NCBI GenBank assembly: GCA_001661245.1
Contig: KV454013.1
Location: 900,502-964,501 of the forward strand
DNA from: Pachysolen tannophilus NRRL Y-2460
Lineage: Eukaryota
Direction of reading: 5' to 3'
Length of the DNA stretch: 64,000 bases
A program made the translations under genes and the position numbers. Below the pieces are notes generated by a model. That model was not told the origin of the DNA, did not search any database, and worked only from the letters and a program-made list of their open reading frames with translations. Below, one piece after another: positions 33,390 to 44,786 of this stretch (positions within the stretch are counted from its first letter, which is position 1; each line of letters starts with the position of its first letter).

Positions 33390-35951
33390 ATGTCATTAGA
33401 AGGGTCCACTTCCCCAACAGCGAAGTCGTCGTTGATATCGTGGTGGAAGCAATTTAAGACAAAGCAATCAGAGCAAGAAGAACAGCGACAACTGGGGAAA
33501 TCTAGTAGCGGGTTTCAAGTAAATAGTGTTAATCCTGTGCTACCTAGTGACATTGATGTACAACAACAACAGCTGTTATATTCAGGGAATGTTGGTTCGA
33601 ATTCGCGGCCGATGCTTCGTTATAAATCAAGATCTTCAAATTATGTCAGGCCAATATCTTCATCTGTACCTGATAACTTGACTCAGATTCCAGATTTAAG
33701 GAAACATCGGGATTCATATATTTTATCACAACAACAGAAAAATAATAATGACTCACAAGTATTTGGTGTTTCTTTAGAAAGATCGTTAAATATTGCTGAA
33801 GCAAGAATTTCAGTTAATACAGATTCTCCAGGTGAATTGATTCAATATGGAAGAATTCCTGTGGTGGTTGCAAAATGTGGAGTTTTTTTAAAGAATAAAG
33901 GTTTAGATGTAGAAGGAATATTTAGAGTTGGTGGTTCTTCAAGAAGAGTTAAAGAATTGCAATTTTTATTTTCAACGCCTCCTACTTATGGTAAAAAACT
34001 TGATTGGGATGGTTATACTGTACATGATGCTGCTTCATTGTTGAGAAGGTTTTTAAACTCATTACCAGAACCTTTGGTGCCTTTAGATATGTATGAAAAA
34101 TTTAGAGAACCATTAAGATCAAGACCTAGAATCTTGAAATATTTGAAACATAAAGCAGATAAGAGAAAAGCAGATTCAAATACAAATTCTGCTTCCACTG
34201 GTACAGTTACCTCACAGACACTGGCTACTAATAATAATCCAGTTGTACTGACTGAAAATCTGATAGGTACAACTACGACTAAATCAAAACTTCCACATGA
34301 AGATAACGGTTTACATAAACATCAAATAACAAAAGATGAAGAGCTCAAAGTTAATAAAGCTGAATCTGCAGAAAAAGAAACTGTTGAAAAGGAAGGTGGC
34401 AAAGTCAAAGAAGATAATGGGGAGGAAGAAGAAGAGGAGGAAGAGGAAGAAGGAGATGGAGAAGGAGATGATAATGATAATGATAGTGGCAAGGAAGGAG
34501 ACAAGGAAGATGAAAAGAAATTGAAGAAAAAAAGAAAATTGAAAAAACATAAAAGATTGATCAAGGACATTTTAGGAGCGTTGGATGAATATGCAGTTTT
34601 GGTTGATAACTTACCAGTACTCTCGAAACAATTATTATTCTATGTGTTGGACTTGTTGGCTATCTTTGCTAGTCATTCAACTAAAAACTTGATGCCTGCA
34701 GATAATTTAGCCGCCATTTTCCAACCTTCAATACTTTCTCATCCAGCTCATGATATGGCTCCAAGTGAGTATGCATTGTCCCATGACATTGTTGAGTTTT
34801 TAATAGAGTATAGTTATAAATTATTACCTGCAGCTCAAAGTGTCAACTCATCCAAAGATTTGACCAAATTAGCTTCATCTGATAAAACACTGCTTATGCA
34901 AGATGAAGAAGCTAATGATAAAGAATTACTGAAAGTACCTATTTTGACAACAACTGCACCATCTTCAACTGAACAACAAGTTATCCTAACAGAAATGGTG
35001 AAAGAGGATACTTCATTGTCATCAGTGGGCTCGAATGCTATGGTAAATTCACAACTTTCATTCAACAATCTTAATGGAAACAATAATGGTGTTACTAGTA
35101 CTACATCTTTACTGCTGATGTACCCGCCTGTTTCTAAAAGATCTAGCGCTAGCAGGAAACATAGTAAATCGTTATCAAGTGCAAATATACCGCCCGATGT
35201 GTTGAAGTTTAGTAATCCAAGAAAAGCAACTTTGTCATCCGTTGAAGGAAGTTCTTTAGATCGCTTTATTTCAAATACATCACCGGATGAAGAGTCCGAT
35301 GATGATGAGTTACCCACGTCACCACAACGGCAGTTGCGCTCAAATGCGAAATTAGCCACACCATTGTTATCACCAACGCTGGATATAAATCAAGGCTCGG
35401 ATAATATTAATAATAATCATACTGGTGTTGAAAATAACAATGGATTATTAATTCCCCCTAACAAGGAATTCAAAAACTTGAATAACAAAAAATCAGTTGA
35501 ATCCATTTCAAGCAGTAGTAATAGTTCTCAGCAGCAGCATCAACAACACCAGGCATCATCAAATGGTTCTTCTAGTGCAGGCTTGTTTCAACACATTACC
35601 AGGCCTTTATCTGTTTTCAACCATAAAGACAAAAACTCAAGTGTTGACGAGTTGATTCTTTCAGATATTAACGGGATAAATAGTGTGAATCTTTCGTCCC
35701 CATCATCAACAGCACAATCGCAAAGTCCAACAAAGAAGTCTGCCCTCAGTGCTAATATCCCAGCCGAAATTATTGCCAATGGTTCTACGGGAGCCAATAT
35801 TGCTGACGAAGGTAATAATATAAGTGATGATAACAGAACGTCTAGATGGGACACTGGAGAGCCCGCTAATAACGTTTTGGATGTTCCAAAAAAAGAGACT
35901 TGGTTCAAACGATTGCGCTCGCGCTCGAGAAGTGGGAGTAAACGAGATTAA
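33390..35951 (+). CDS. SAC7: Rho1 GTPase-activating protein Sac7/Bag7
   Basis: VFGVSL...GRIPVVVAKCG...EGIFRVGGS (Arg finger)...HDAASLLRR...NLAAIFQP; located between RVS167 and UBA2. Confidence 0.92.
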   Translation: MSLEGSTSPTAKSSLISWWKQFKTKQSEQEEQRQLGKSSSGFQVNSVNPVLPSDIDVQQQQLLYSGNVGSNSRPMLRYKSRSSNYVRPISSSVPDNLTQIPDLRKHRDSYILSQQQKNNNDSQVFGVSLERSLNIAEARISVNTDSPGELIQYGRIPVVVAKCGVFLKNKGLDVEGIFRVGGSSRRVKELQFLFSTPPTYGKKLDWDGYTVHDAASLLRRFLNSLPEPLVPLDMYEKFREPLRSRPRILKYLKHKADKRKADSNTNSASTGTVTSQTLATNNNPVVLTENLIGTTTTKSKLPHEDNGLHKHQITKDEELKVNKAESAEKETVEKEGGKVKEDNGEEEEEEEEEEGDGEGDDNDNDSGKEGDKEDEKKLKKKRKLKKHKRLIKDILGALDEYAVLVDNLPVLSKQLLFYVLDLLAIFASHSTKNLMPADNLAAIFQPSILSHPAHDMAPSEYALSHDIVEFLIEYSYKLLPAAQSVNSSKDLTKLASSDKTLLMQDEEANDKELLKVPILTTTAPSSTEQQVILTEMVKEDTSLSSVGSNAMVNSQLSFNNLNGNNNGVTSTTSLLLMYPPVSKRSSASRKHSKSLSSANIPPDVLKFSNPRKATLSSVEGSSLDRFISNTSPDEESDDDELPTSPQRQLRSNAKLATPLLSPTLDINQGSDNINNNHTGVENNNGLLIPPNKEFKNLNNKKSVESISSSSNSSQQQHQQHQASSNGSSSAGLFQHITRPLSVFNHKDKNSSVDELILSDINGINSVNLSSPSSTAQSQSPTKKSALSANIPAEIIANGSTGANIADEGNNISDDNRTSRWDTGEPANNVLDVPKKETWFKRLRSRSRSGSKRD

Positions 35952-36425
35952 TTGATCATTATTTTATCATGTCTTTTTCTATCAAAGGATTTTTTTTTTT
36001 TTTTGGTTTTTCTTTTTCTTTTTTTCTTTTTAAAAAAAAAAAAAATGTATTTTTCATCGAAGTTATGTTTACTTTATTTCCTTCCTTCCTTTATCGAGTT
36101 TTTTGGTTGCTTTTCTGTTTCCGGGTGTACTAATAGTTTTCAGGAATTTCGATTCAGTTTTTTTATTTTAATTTGTCTATTTTTTTTTTTTTTTTGTTAC
36201 ACTGCATATGTATAAATGTGTTTCATGATCACAATAGCAAGTGTGTGCTTTTTTTCTACTTCATTCCTTGTTTTAATTATACTTAACTACAATACTGGTA
36301 ATGATAGCTTTTCAATTTTAATATATAAATATATATAACTTGACTGAAAATCTTAATGACTACAACTTTAATTAATTCGAAAAAATACAATATAACAAAT
36401 ACAAATAAAACTTTTGTTATCTTTA

Positions 36426-38321
36426 CTAGTCAATAACGACTATATTTTCGTTATGTTCTTCTCCAGATTGATCTGAAACAATTGAGTCATTAAATTTTTT
36501 TTTCTTCTGTGGAGTCTCGCCTATATTCTCGTCTTCAGCTCTTCTTTTATTATTTCCAGTCAGAGCTTCTTCAGAATCATCATCAATATCTAGAATAACA
36601 ATTCCATCATCGTCAACAATAAAACCATCATCACCCTTATCAATTTCTGCTTCTGCTTCTTCTTCTTCTTGTTCTTCCTCTTCCTCTACTTCTTTTTTCT
36701 CTTTATCAGGAATGTCCAAACTTGGAACCTCCAATACTTTGTCACCATTATCGGAAGTTACTTCGATATATAACTCACAACTCTCCTTTTCGTCATCTTC
36801 ATCATTTATTGATAGTACTTCTCCATTTTTAAATCCGATATCAACCAAGCGTACAGATAAATTATCATCAAAGTCAAAATCGTAAATCAATTTGTTTTTA
36901 CCCAAGATCAATGATACTTCTTCATATTTCAAAACCTCTCTTATCTTATCGATCAAATCCTGCAAAATAAATGTATCTAAACCATTTTTAATTTTCAAAA
37001 TTCCTCTTTTTATAGAGCATTCTTTACAATTTTTATTCCCACTAACTAACAGAGATGATGAAACAAACTTATCAAAGTACTGAGAAGTGAAAATTAAGCG
37101 AGACTTGTCAAAACTTGATTGTAAAGAATTTTCAAAACAATTCAAAGATTGCAAGCAACTAAAACCAGCTATAATTGCATTTGTAGTTGCCACAGCAGGT
37201 ATAATATTTCCTGCAATCTGCTTTATATCGAATTTTGTCTTTGTGGGTATGTTAAAGATAAAAGATCTTAAATTTGATGATGCAACAACAAAATTCAAAG
37301 TATCCTTATCATCTTTATCAAAGGGAATCAGTTCAAAGTTATTTAAAACATATCTTTTTGATAGTGATTTTATCGACTTTATCAATATGGAAAGATTTTC
37401 TTCAACATTCCACAATTTTTGATCATCATCCTGAACATTTAAATCAATTTTATAATTTTCATAATCTAATGGTTTTGGTTTTGTTCTTATGGTCCATAAA
37501 CTATCAATCGATAACAATCTTTGAATATCAACATTGAAAATCTTATTGATAATTTTATAAATATAATCAATATTATCCTGTTTTGATTCTTTGATCAACA
37601 GTTTCAATTCCCATAATTCATTGTTTTCTCTTAACAACAGGTCAATCTCCTGTTTATCATCAGTATCTAAATCATTCGGATTTAAATCCTCTTTAACATC
37701 CTCACCAAAAAGTTGTAAGAACAAAAAATTTTTCAGCCATGTAATACTATGTATAGGTTTTGAAGGAGTTGATCTAATTGTACATACTGGAAAAGTTTTT
37801 GGTGTTTCTTTAGCAATACAATCAAAACATTCCGATTTATATGGGAATATAGGTTGAACTTGACCTTTAAATCCAGTCGTACCGCTTTCCATTAATGGCC
37901 GTTTCAAAAAAAGAGCAATCTTGTTAACATAATTTCTTGCCTCAAGATTATCCAATGCATTGAATATTATATCAAACTGATCAAACCACTCTAATGGGAA
38001 CATAATAGTGTCCATGATACTTCCATGATACGATTTTAATATAGTATTCTTATCATTGTTAAAAAATTCAACCGCTTTAATAGCAGTTGAAGATTTCGAT
38101 TTCTTAATGTCCTTTTGTCTAAAAAGAAATTGTCTATTCAAATTTGAAAGATCAATCGTATCCAAATCAACAATATGAATCTCACCATAATTCGTCAAGA
38201 TTAAATTTTTCAACAACTCACATCCAATTCCACCAGAACCTACCAACAACACCTTGGATTTTTTAATCTTGCCCAATTTTTCTACTCCTAAAACTTTCTT
38301 CAAATGCGAATCTCGCGCCAT
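36426..38321 (-). CDS. UBA2: SUMO E1 activating enzyme large subunit
   Basis: GSGGIGCE, DLSNLNRQFLF, catalytic Cys in FPVCTIRSTPS, AGNIIPAVATTNA. First ATG is at 38321. Confidence 0.96.
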   Translation of the reverse strand: MARDSHLKKVLGVEKLGKIKKSKVLLVGSGGIGCELLKNLILTNYGEIHIVDLDTIDLSNLNRQFLFRQKDIKKSKSSTAIKAVEFFNNDKNTILKSYHGSIMDTIMFPLEWFDQFDIIFNALDNLEARNYVNKIALFLKRPLMESGTTGFKGQVQPIFPYKSECFDCIAKETPKTFPVCTIRSTPSKPIHSITWLKNFLFLQLFGEDVKEDLNPNDLDTDDKQEIDLLLRENNELWELKLLIKESKQDNIDYIYKIINKIFNVDIQRLLSIDSLWTIRTKPKPLDYENYKIDLNVQDDDQKLWNVEENLSILIKSIKSLSKRYVLNNFELIPFDKDDKDTLNFVVASSNLRSFIFNIPTKTKFDIKQIAGNIIPAVATTNAIIAGFSCLQSLNCFENSLQSSFDKSRLIFTSQYFDKFVSSSLLVSGNKNCKECSIKRGILKIKNGLDTFILQDLIDKIREVLKYEEVSLILGKNKLIYDFDFDDNLSVRLVDIGFKNGEVLSINDEDDEKESCELYIEVTSDNGDKVLEVPSLDIPDKEKKEVEEEEEQEEEEAEAEIDKGDDGFIVDDDGIVILDIDDDSEEALTGNNKRRAEDENIGETPQKKKKFNDSIVSDQSGEEHNENIVVID

Positions 38322-38764
38322 TTTCTTTCTTTCTTTCTTTCCTTTTCTTTTGTTTCTCCTTCGTTTGTTCTTGATTGGTTTTCTTTTTATATAATAAATA
38401 TACAATTGTTATCAACCAAACTTGACTTGTCTTTTGGTTGTATTTTTTGTTATTTTTTTTTTGGTGGAACTTCTCGTGTCATCAATAGGGGTGACACAAA
38501 ACTTGATTAAAGGCGACATGTGACGCCAGATCTAGAAGTTGTCTTTCAAGTTCAAATAGTTAACTTAAAACCCAGTTATAGTTGATTGTATTTAAAGATA
38601 TAGATATAGATGTGTATATATGAGATATATATGGAAACCGAAGAACTAAATTTAAAAATATATATTAAACCAAAAATCGTAGAGAACCCGTTAAAAAAAA
38701 ACCAATAAACAAATAGACATACTAAACCAAATATATAATAAAAAAGATAATAATCGTAATCATG

Positions 38765-38797
<33 letters not shown>

Positions 38798-38811
38798 GAG
38801 TTTTTCATAAC

Positions 38812-39951
38812 TCATGCAATAACTCTACCTGCTCGAGTCAATAACGAGAATTTTTCTTTAATCAATCCTGTTTTCTGCGATTGGTAGTTGTTATTGCTTT
38901 TATTGTTTTCTTTTCCTTCTTCACTGAATTTTTTGAAAAAATCATCACTAGTATTGTGATTGATATTATTTGTGATATTGCTTAAATTATCGTATGAAGA
39001 TCTTAATCTTAATGGTTTTGGTTTAAAAGTATTAGTTGGTTGATTTTTCTTGAAATAATAATTAGTAATATACTCTGATTCTTCTTTAATGGTGGTATCT
39101 GTGGTATTATTTGCGCTAGCATTTAAAAAATGACTTGAATTTGATGGAGTTACTACCGATGATGTATTAGAAGCTAAAGTGGAGTTAGATGCTGAAGATT
39201 TCATTAATTCAGGAATACTTCCATTGCTACTATATGAAGGTGTAACTGTTACTCTTGAATGTTGGACGCCATTATTGATTGGGGTATTATAATTATTATA
39301 TGATTGTAATGACTGTAATGATTGTACAGATTGTTGTTTTCTAAGTAATGATAATTCATGATCTTTCTTCAATTTTTCCTTAATTGGTTGTAAGAATGGA
39401 GAAAGACAATTGATCAAATCTGTATTTGAAATTCTTAAATCCCAATTTAAATATCCAAGTAATTCTCTTTCTATAGTATTAACTTCTTTTATAGATAAAG
39501 CACCATCTGTATATTTTGCCCAATGTTTATTTAAAGGTGATGAATCATTCAAATTCTTGGCAGCTAATATTAAACAACCCAAAAATAAACGATGTCTTGT
39601 AGATTCAATACCATAGGAATTTGAAGGTAAAATGGACCTAAGTCTAATTAAATAAACTAATGTGGACATCAATGTAGGTGTTTGAACATTAGAGTAGCTA
39701 ATTAAACGTTCAATGAAAAGTGTTAGCAGCACTGGTTGTTTACTGCTATTACTATTATTATTATTATTGGTGGTAGATTTATTATCCATTGGTGTACTAG
39801 GTGGAGTTGGATACTGTTCTAAATTTGGTGAACTTGGCTTGATTTTGATCACAGAATCTGTGGTTGCAGCCAAATAAGAAACCATATCTTGAGCAACAGG
39901 TTTTCTAAGGAAAACTTTCAATGAAGCTTTTTCCAATGATGAATAAACCAT
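38812..39951 (-). CDS. PCL2: Pho85 cyclin of the Pcl1/Pcl2 family
   Basis: Cyclin box SNVQTPTLM...HRLFLGCLILAAKNLNDSSPLNKHWAKY...ERELL...WDL. PCL2 rather than PCL1 is inferred from its position downstream of VCX1. Confidence 0.85.
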   Translation of the reverse strand: MVYSSLEKASLKVFLRKPVAQDMVSYLAATTDSVIKIKPSSPNLEQYPTPPSTPMDNKSTTNNNNNSNSSKQPVLLTLFIERLISYSNVQTPTLMSTLVYLIRLRSILPSNSYGIESTRHRLFLGCLILAAKNLNDSSPLNKHWAKYTDGALSIKEVNTIERELLGYLNWDLRISNTDLINCLSPFLQPIKEKLKKDHELSLLRKQQSVQSLQSLQSYNNYNTPINNGVQHSRVTVTPSYSSNGSIPELMKSSASNSTLASNTSSVVTPSNSSHFLNASANNTTDTTIKEESEYITNYYFKKNQPTNTFKPKPLRLRSSYDNLSNITNNINHNTSDDFFKKFSEEGKENNKSNNNYQSQKTGLIKEKFSLLTRAGRVIA

Positions 39952-40757
39952 TTCTGAAAAATTAGAATCTCAACTCCAAATACAAGTAATTGGTACTGTT
40001 GTACAAACGATGAAACTGAAATTCTCACAAGCTAGATCGAAAAGAAAAAAAACCCAACCTCAAAATGAAAAACAAGAAAACTAAATTTTAAAAAACAAAA
40101 AAATAAAAAAAAAGAATTAAATTTAAAAGAGAGTATTTAATATATATATTCATTTTGTTTCAATTCATTTTTAGTATAATTTTAATCTACATAGACGCCA
40201 TTTTTTTTTTTCAATTCCTAATATTCCTTAAAGCTAAATTACACTAGTCTCGAGTCTCGAGCCTCAAACATTTCACTTGGAAACTAAGTATTTTTGAAAA
40301 AAGTCTTGATAAAATAATCACAAATATGAGAACTTTTCACGCCTTATGTAAATCAAAATGCAAGGCGTCTATTTTTCACTTCACGTTTTGCAGCATTCAA
40401 GAAACAGGACGCAATATGAAAGGGGGAAAAGCCTCAAAAAGAACAAGAGAAAACCGTTTTTTTTCCTTCGCTGCAATACGGAACAAGCACTGAAGCGCAG
40501 CAGCGGACAAAAAGACAAAAACTTTTTTTTTTTTTGTTTTCTTAAAAACAACATATGTCCGATTAAAAGAGGTAGAAAAGGTAAGGTAAAGGAGCTAACG
40601 GTACTAAACCAATAATACCCATCCTTACCCCATATTCCCTCATCTCTCTATTGTCGAATATATTCTTTCTACCTATTACAATAGCAGGCCTCTTTAAACA
40701 GGTCGTTTTCTTAAGGTACGCTTTTCGGTTATACAGGGGTATTAACTCTTTTCGGAA

Positions 40758-40844
40758 ACGCGTTTTTAATTTTTCACGCTCATTCTTGGAATCAGACGAT
40801 CTTCGCCCAGTGTACAAGAAAAAAAAAAAAAATTTTCCACGAAA
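40758..40844. promoter_or_regulatory. MCB and SCB G1/S elements upstream of the PCL cyclin
   Basis: ACGCGT at 40758-40763 and CACGAAA at 40838-40844. Confidence 0.5.
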
Positions 40845-41436
40845 CAAGAAATCAAAGGCGGATTGGTGCCTTCGTTAGCGCTAAAAATGTGAAAATTTTT
40901 CCTGTCAAACAGAACAGAGAGGTAAAGTTAATTTTTAGATGAGACATTTAGTTAGTGATATAAGATTTGACTTTTCAGTGAATGATCTTCAAACTTAAGT
41001 TTGTTTAAAATAGAATTGATAATTTAAGAATAGTATGGAATGTTGGTATTATTGAATTGTAAAGAAAAAGGTATTTTTAATGGACCAACTAACTCGTCAG
41101 CTGGTTTAAAAATTGACTATTATCGTGCATCTTCTCTGACCGGTTAAAGAATTAAACCAAGCATTACGTTCGCGTTTTACAATTTTCTACTTTCAAAAAT
41201 TTAAATTGATAATTTTTTTTTTTCATAATTATGATATAAAGGGCTTATTCGTTATTGTTGGTGTTGTATATATACGTACACTCCTATTCCTGCAGTCACG
41301 ATAAAAAATTTGGTATTTTTTGAATCGAGTTTTCTTTTTCTTTTCTTTGTTTTTTTTTTAAGCGAACTCGAACTGCATCAAAGGAGTCTAGTCTTTACAG
41401 AAGAACGATTGATATCTTATCGTTGTTTCCGCTAAA

Positions 41437-42747
41437 CTATGTGGCTACAGTATCAGGATAATAAAAAAATGAAATCAGTATGATGAGATATGTGCTTAAT
41501 AACATTGCACCTTCTAGCCAATTACTTTCTCCATCCAAAATTAAATAATTTGTAATGAAAACGGCAACAAACATCACTGCGGTTTCAAAAGTTGAGAAAT
41601 ATAATGACATTGGAGTATCAAAGATCCAACCAATCAAGACCATAAATGGAGTGACAAACAATGAAATTTGTAAAGATGACCCTACAGCAACACCAATGGC
41701 AAGATCCATTTTATCCTTATATGCCACAACCACTGCAGTAACGTGCTCTGCAGCGTTACCAACAATTGGAATAATAATCAACCCAATAAATGTTTTGGAC
41801 AACCCGCTTGTTTCAACAATATCGTCAATTGAGCTAACTAGATAATCAGCACAAAATGAAACCATCACAGTTGTAACAATTAAGACCGTGACTGCAGCAA
41901 CTGGAGATAAATGCATTTGTGCATGTTCATCTTTTAATCTTTGTTGTTGAATTTCTGAGAGCCCAGATAAAGGTAATCCATTTTCAGTTGCAACATCATT
42001 GTTCATTTGTTCATCCAGGCTTTCAAATAATTGTTTATGTGTTTTCAATTGAAATAAAAGATATAAAACATAGACAATTAATAAGATGATTGATGTACCT
42101 CTGGATAGAGATAGTACTAAATCATCAGAAGTACCAGGGACTGGGAATTCATTTCTTGGCTCTTTCAAATCAGGGTTAGGTAATGAAGCATGAAAAGCAG
42201 CTGGTAAAAGTAAACCTATAACAGACAATGCTAATAATGAAGACATTGTTTGTGCAACAGTCTGATTAAATGTTTGTTGCACTCTATTATAACCTCCAAC
42301 AACAAAACAACATCCCAACACTAATAATAAATTCGACAAGATACTGCCCAACATCGACAGTTGTACAACTCTAATTTGATTTTGCTTTATTGCAATTATA
42401 GAAACAATTAATTCCACAGCATTACCAAAAGTTGCATTGAGTAACCCACCAATAGTCTGACCAACATTATCAGCTAATTCTTCAGTAGCATATGCCAACA
42501 CAGAAGCCAACAGAATTATAGAAAAAAAATTAAAACTAAATATCCATGTTGATGAAAAACCTAAAGTTTCCGATAATAGCCCCAAAGGAACAAGTACCAA
42601 AAGATAATTAACTGGATTCGATGATACAGTAAGATACGTAATTCTCTTAAAATTCAAATAAAACAGCACCAGTCTCTCACCACCATTCCTCCTAACGGAA
42701 TTGTGATTACCACTGCTATTCACAAGTAATGGGCTAGTTTCTGGCAT
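41437..42747 (-). CDS. VCX1: Vacuolar Ca2+/H+ exchanger
   Basis: [15 protein letters not shown](A)[15 protein letters not shown] and GNAAEH alpha-repeat motifs. Confidence 0.96.
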   Translation of the reverse strand: MPETSPLLVNSSGNHNSVRRNGGERLVLFYLNFKRITYLTVSSNPVNYLLVLVPLGLLSETLGFSSTWIFSFNFFSIILLASVLAYATEELADNVGQTIGGLLNATFGNAVELIVSIIAIKQNQIRVVQLSMLGSILSNLLLVLGCCFVVGGYNRVQQTFNQTVAQTMSSLLALSVIGLLLPAAFHASLPNPDLKEPRNEFPVPGTSDDLVLSLSRGTSIILLIVYVLYLLFQLKTHKQLFESLDEQMNNDVATENGLPLSGLSEIQQQRLKDEHAQMHLSPVAAVTVLIVTTVMVSFCADYLVSSIDDIVETSGLSKTFIGLIIIPIVGNAAEHVTAVVVAYKDKMDLAIGVAVGSSLQISLFVTPFMVLIGWIFDTPMSLYFSTFETAVMFVAVFITNYLILDGESNWLEGAMLLSTYLIILISFFYYPDTVAT

Positions 42748-42763
42748 TGATCCTTTTTATTCT

Positions 42764-42814
42764 CTTCTTCTTCTTCTTCTTCTTCTTCTTCTTCTTCTTC
42801 TTCTTCTTCTTCTT
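42764..42814. repeat. (CTT/GAA)17 microsatellite in the VCX1 5' leader
   Basis: Perfect trinucleotide run ending about 16 nt before the VCX1 ATG. Confidence 0.95.
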
Positions 42815-43220
42815 CCTTTTAAGTTGGGAAAAGAATTATAAAAATGAAAACTTAAAAAGAGAGCCCTTAATTTTTTTTTTTACCAGCTTCTTTCTCTACA
42901 TTGTGTTAGCCAAGCTTGATAACCCTGAGCAATTAGTACCGTATTTATAACAATTTTTCCCGAAAACGGAAAAACTTGAAGAGGGAATTATTATAGAAAC
43001 TACCGAAAAATTCCTAATCCGGAAAGTGCTTTAAATGTTTAATACCGCTCGCTCTTTGTGTTTTGGCCTAGTCTTGGCTACCGCTGATCTCTATTCATTT
43101 TCTCTATTTACTTCTCCTTTACTTCTCCGAACTTCTCCAAAATTCTCCAAAATTCTCCAAGACGGAAGCATATTATGAAACTCTGTTAAAAGAAAAATTT
43201 CTTTTTTGTTTTTTTCCCCC

Positions 43221-44456
43221 TTATATTTTCTCCAAGGCCCATTCTATCTGCTTAGTATCTATGAGGCCCTGAGTTTCACTCCATTCTTTAACTAAATTGT
43301 AACTAAAACCTACAACTTCTTGGAAAGTTGAGTAGCAGCTGTTTATTGGTAAGTAGTAAGGGTCTGCGGATGGTCTAAGACTTTCTTTCAATGGTTTTGG
43401 CTCGATAACCAATGATCTTTTCTTAAATGTCTGAGGGAAAGATATTTTTATATTAGTATAATTTAAATATTTTTCAAAAATTGTAAATGATTGATTTAAA
43501 TTTTCTCTATAATCTATTGATGATAGTGAATTTTTAACAATTAAATCTTTTAATAATTTTTTCTTATGGTCTTCAATTATTGTTTTTGTCTTTAAATGTG
43601 AATTTGTTATTTTCTTGGTACAAATTTCTTCTAAATGTTGATAAACCATTCCTTTTATCAAATGAACTAATCCTAACAAGTACCTTAAGCTACTACCTCT
43701 CCTGTTATCATTCTCATTACCGGTATGGTTGCCATTTTCTATTAATTCCATAGCCTCTTCAATATTTCTTATAATACTATTTAAAAATGGTAATAAACTA
43801 AGCCAACTATCTTCACTCAGTAAAAGTTTTAAAACCAATCTGGATTTATCTTCATAATCAAACGCCACTATAAATATAATTAAAGAATCAATCGAAATTA
43901 ATAACGATTTCTTGCAAACACTGTGTGACAATTGTGAGTTTTTATTTCTTAAACTATCAGATTCCCTCTTCTTCAAAGTTGCCAAATTAACAAAATGCTT
44001 GGATTTACTTAAAAATAATTCACTTTTTTCTTTCCTCTTATCCAACACTGTAGATGATAATTTCTTCTTTTGTTTCTTCCTAGACAATGGCTCATCATCA
44101 CTATCTGAATATTCTTCTTGATCTTCCATGTTTATCTTCTCATTATCCAGGTTTGCCCGAGATATACCTAACCCCACAGGTTTCCTCTTGATATTAAGCT
44201 TCACCTCAACAGAATCTATAACTCCGTCGTTGTTTGAAATAACCGTGTATGAACCACTAGTACTTTTTTTCTGTCTAATAACAACAGGTGTTGTACTACT
44301 CTCTGGAGGAGTTGGTTCTTGTATATCAAATGATGAAGGTAAAGTAGGTGAAAGCAACCGTGGTAATATTCCTTTACTGTTGTAATTTGAAACTATTACA
44401 CTTGAGCTACCATCAACATCCAATGGCTTTGAAAATATACTGGATTTAAAAGACAT
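43221..44456 (-). CDS. Uncharacterised protein at the YDL129W syntenic position; possible Ebp1/AFF C-terminal-like helical domain
   Basis: 411-aa ORF with a disordered N-half, NLS-like RKKQKKK and a helical C-half (LATLKKRESD...SIDSLIIFIVAFDYEDK...WLSL). Function is inferred only. Confidence 0.6.
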   Translation of the reverse strand: MSFKSSIFSKPLDVDGSSSVIVSNYNSKGILPRLLSPTLPSSFDIQEPTPPESSTTPVVIRQKKSTSGSYTVISNNDGVIDSVEVKLNIKRKPVGLGISRANLDNEKINMEDQEEYSDSDDEPLSRKKQKKKLSSTVLDKRKEKSELFLSKSKHFVNLATLKKRESDSLRNKNSQLSHSVCKKSLLISIDSLIIFIVAFDYEDKSRLVLKLLLSEDSWLSLLPFLNSIIRNIEEAMELIENGNHTGNENDNRRGSSLRYLLGLVHLIKGMVYQHLEEICTKKITNSHLKTKTIIEDHKKKLLKDLIVKNSLSSIDYRENLNQSFTIFEKYLNYTNIKISFPQTFKKRSLVIEPKPLKESLRPSADPYYLPINSCYSTFQEVVGFSYNLVKEWSETQGLIDTKQIEWALEKI

Positions 44457-44668
44457 GATGTTTTAATTGATATTTCGTATTTCAATACAGTATTATCTTG
44501 ATAGTGCCAAAGAAAAGAAAAGAAAAAAACAAAAATAAAAAAAATAAAGATATGTATTAGGAAAAAAAAGAGGTTTTAAAATACAGCAGAAATTAAAATT
44601 GTTTAAAATTTTCAAACATATCGGAATTTTGAAAAATTATTGTGAATAAAGAAGAAAGTGACGATAAA

Positions 44669-44743
44669 ATGGCACCAGCTTATAACGAGGTAGAGCCTAG
44701 GTTGACTTTATCGAGATCTAATAAGGGTAATAATAATAATAAC

Positions 44744-44786
<43 letters not shown>

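Noticed and set aside
34835..35908. Antisense ORFs inside SAC7, and similar short ORFs inside other genes
   Set aside because: Shadow frames of real genes, mostly with TTG/GTG starts.
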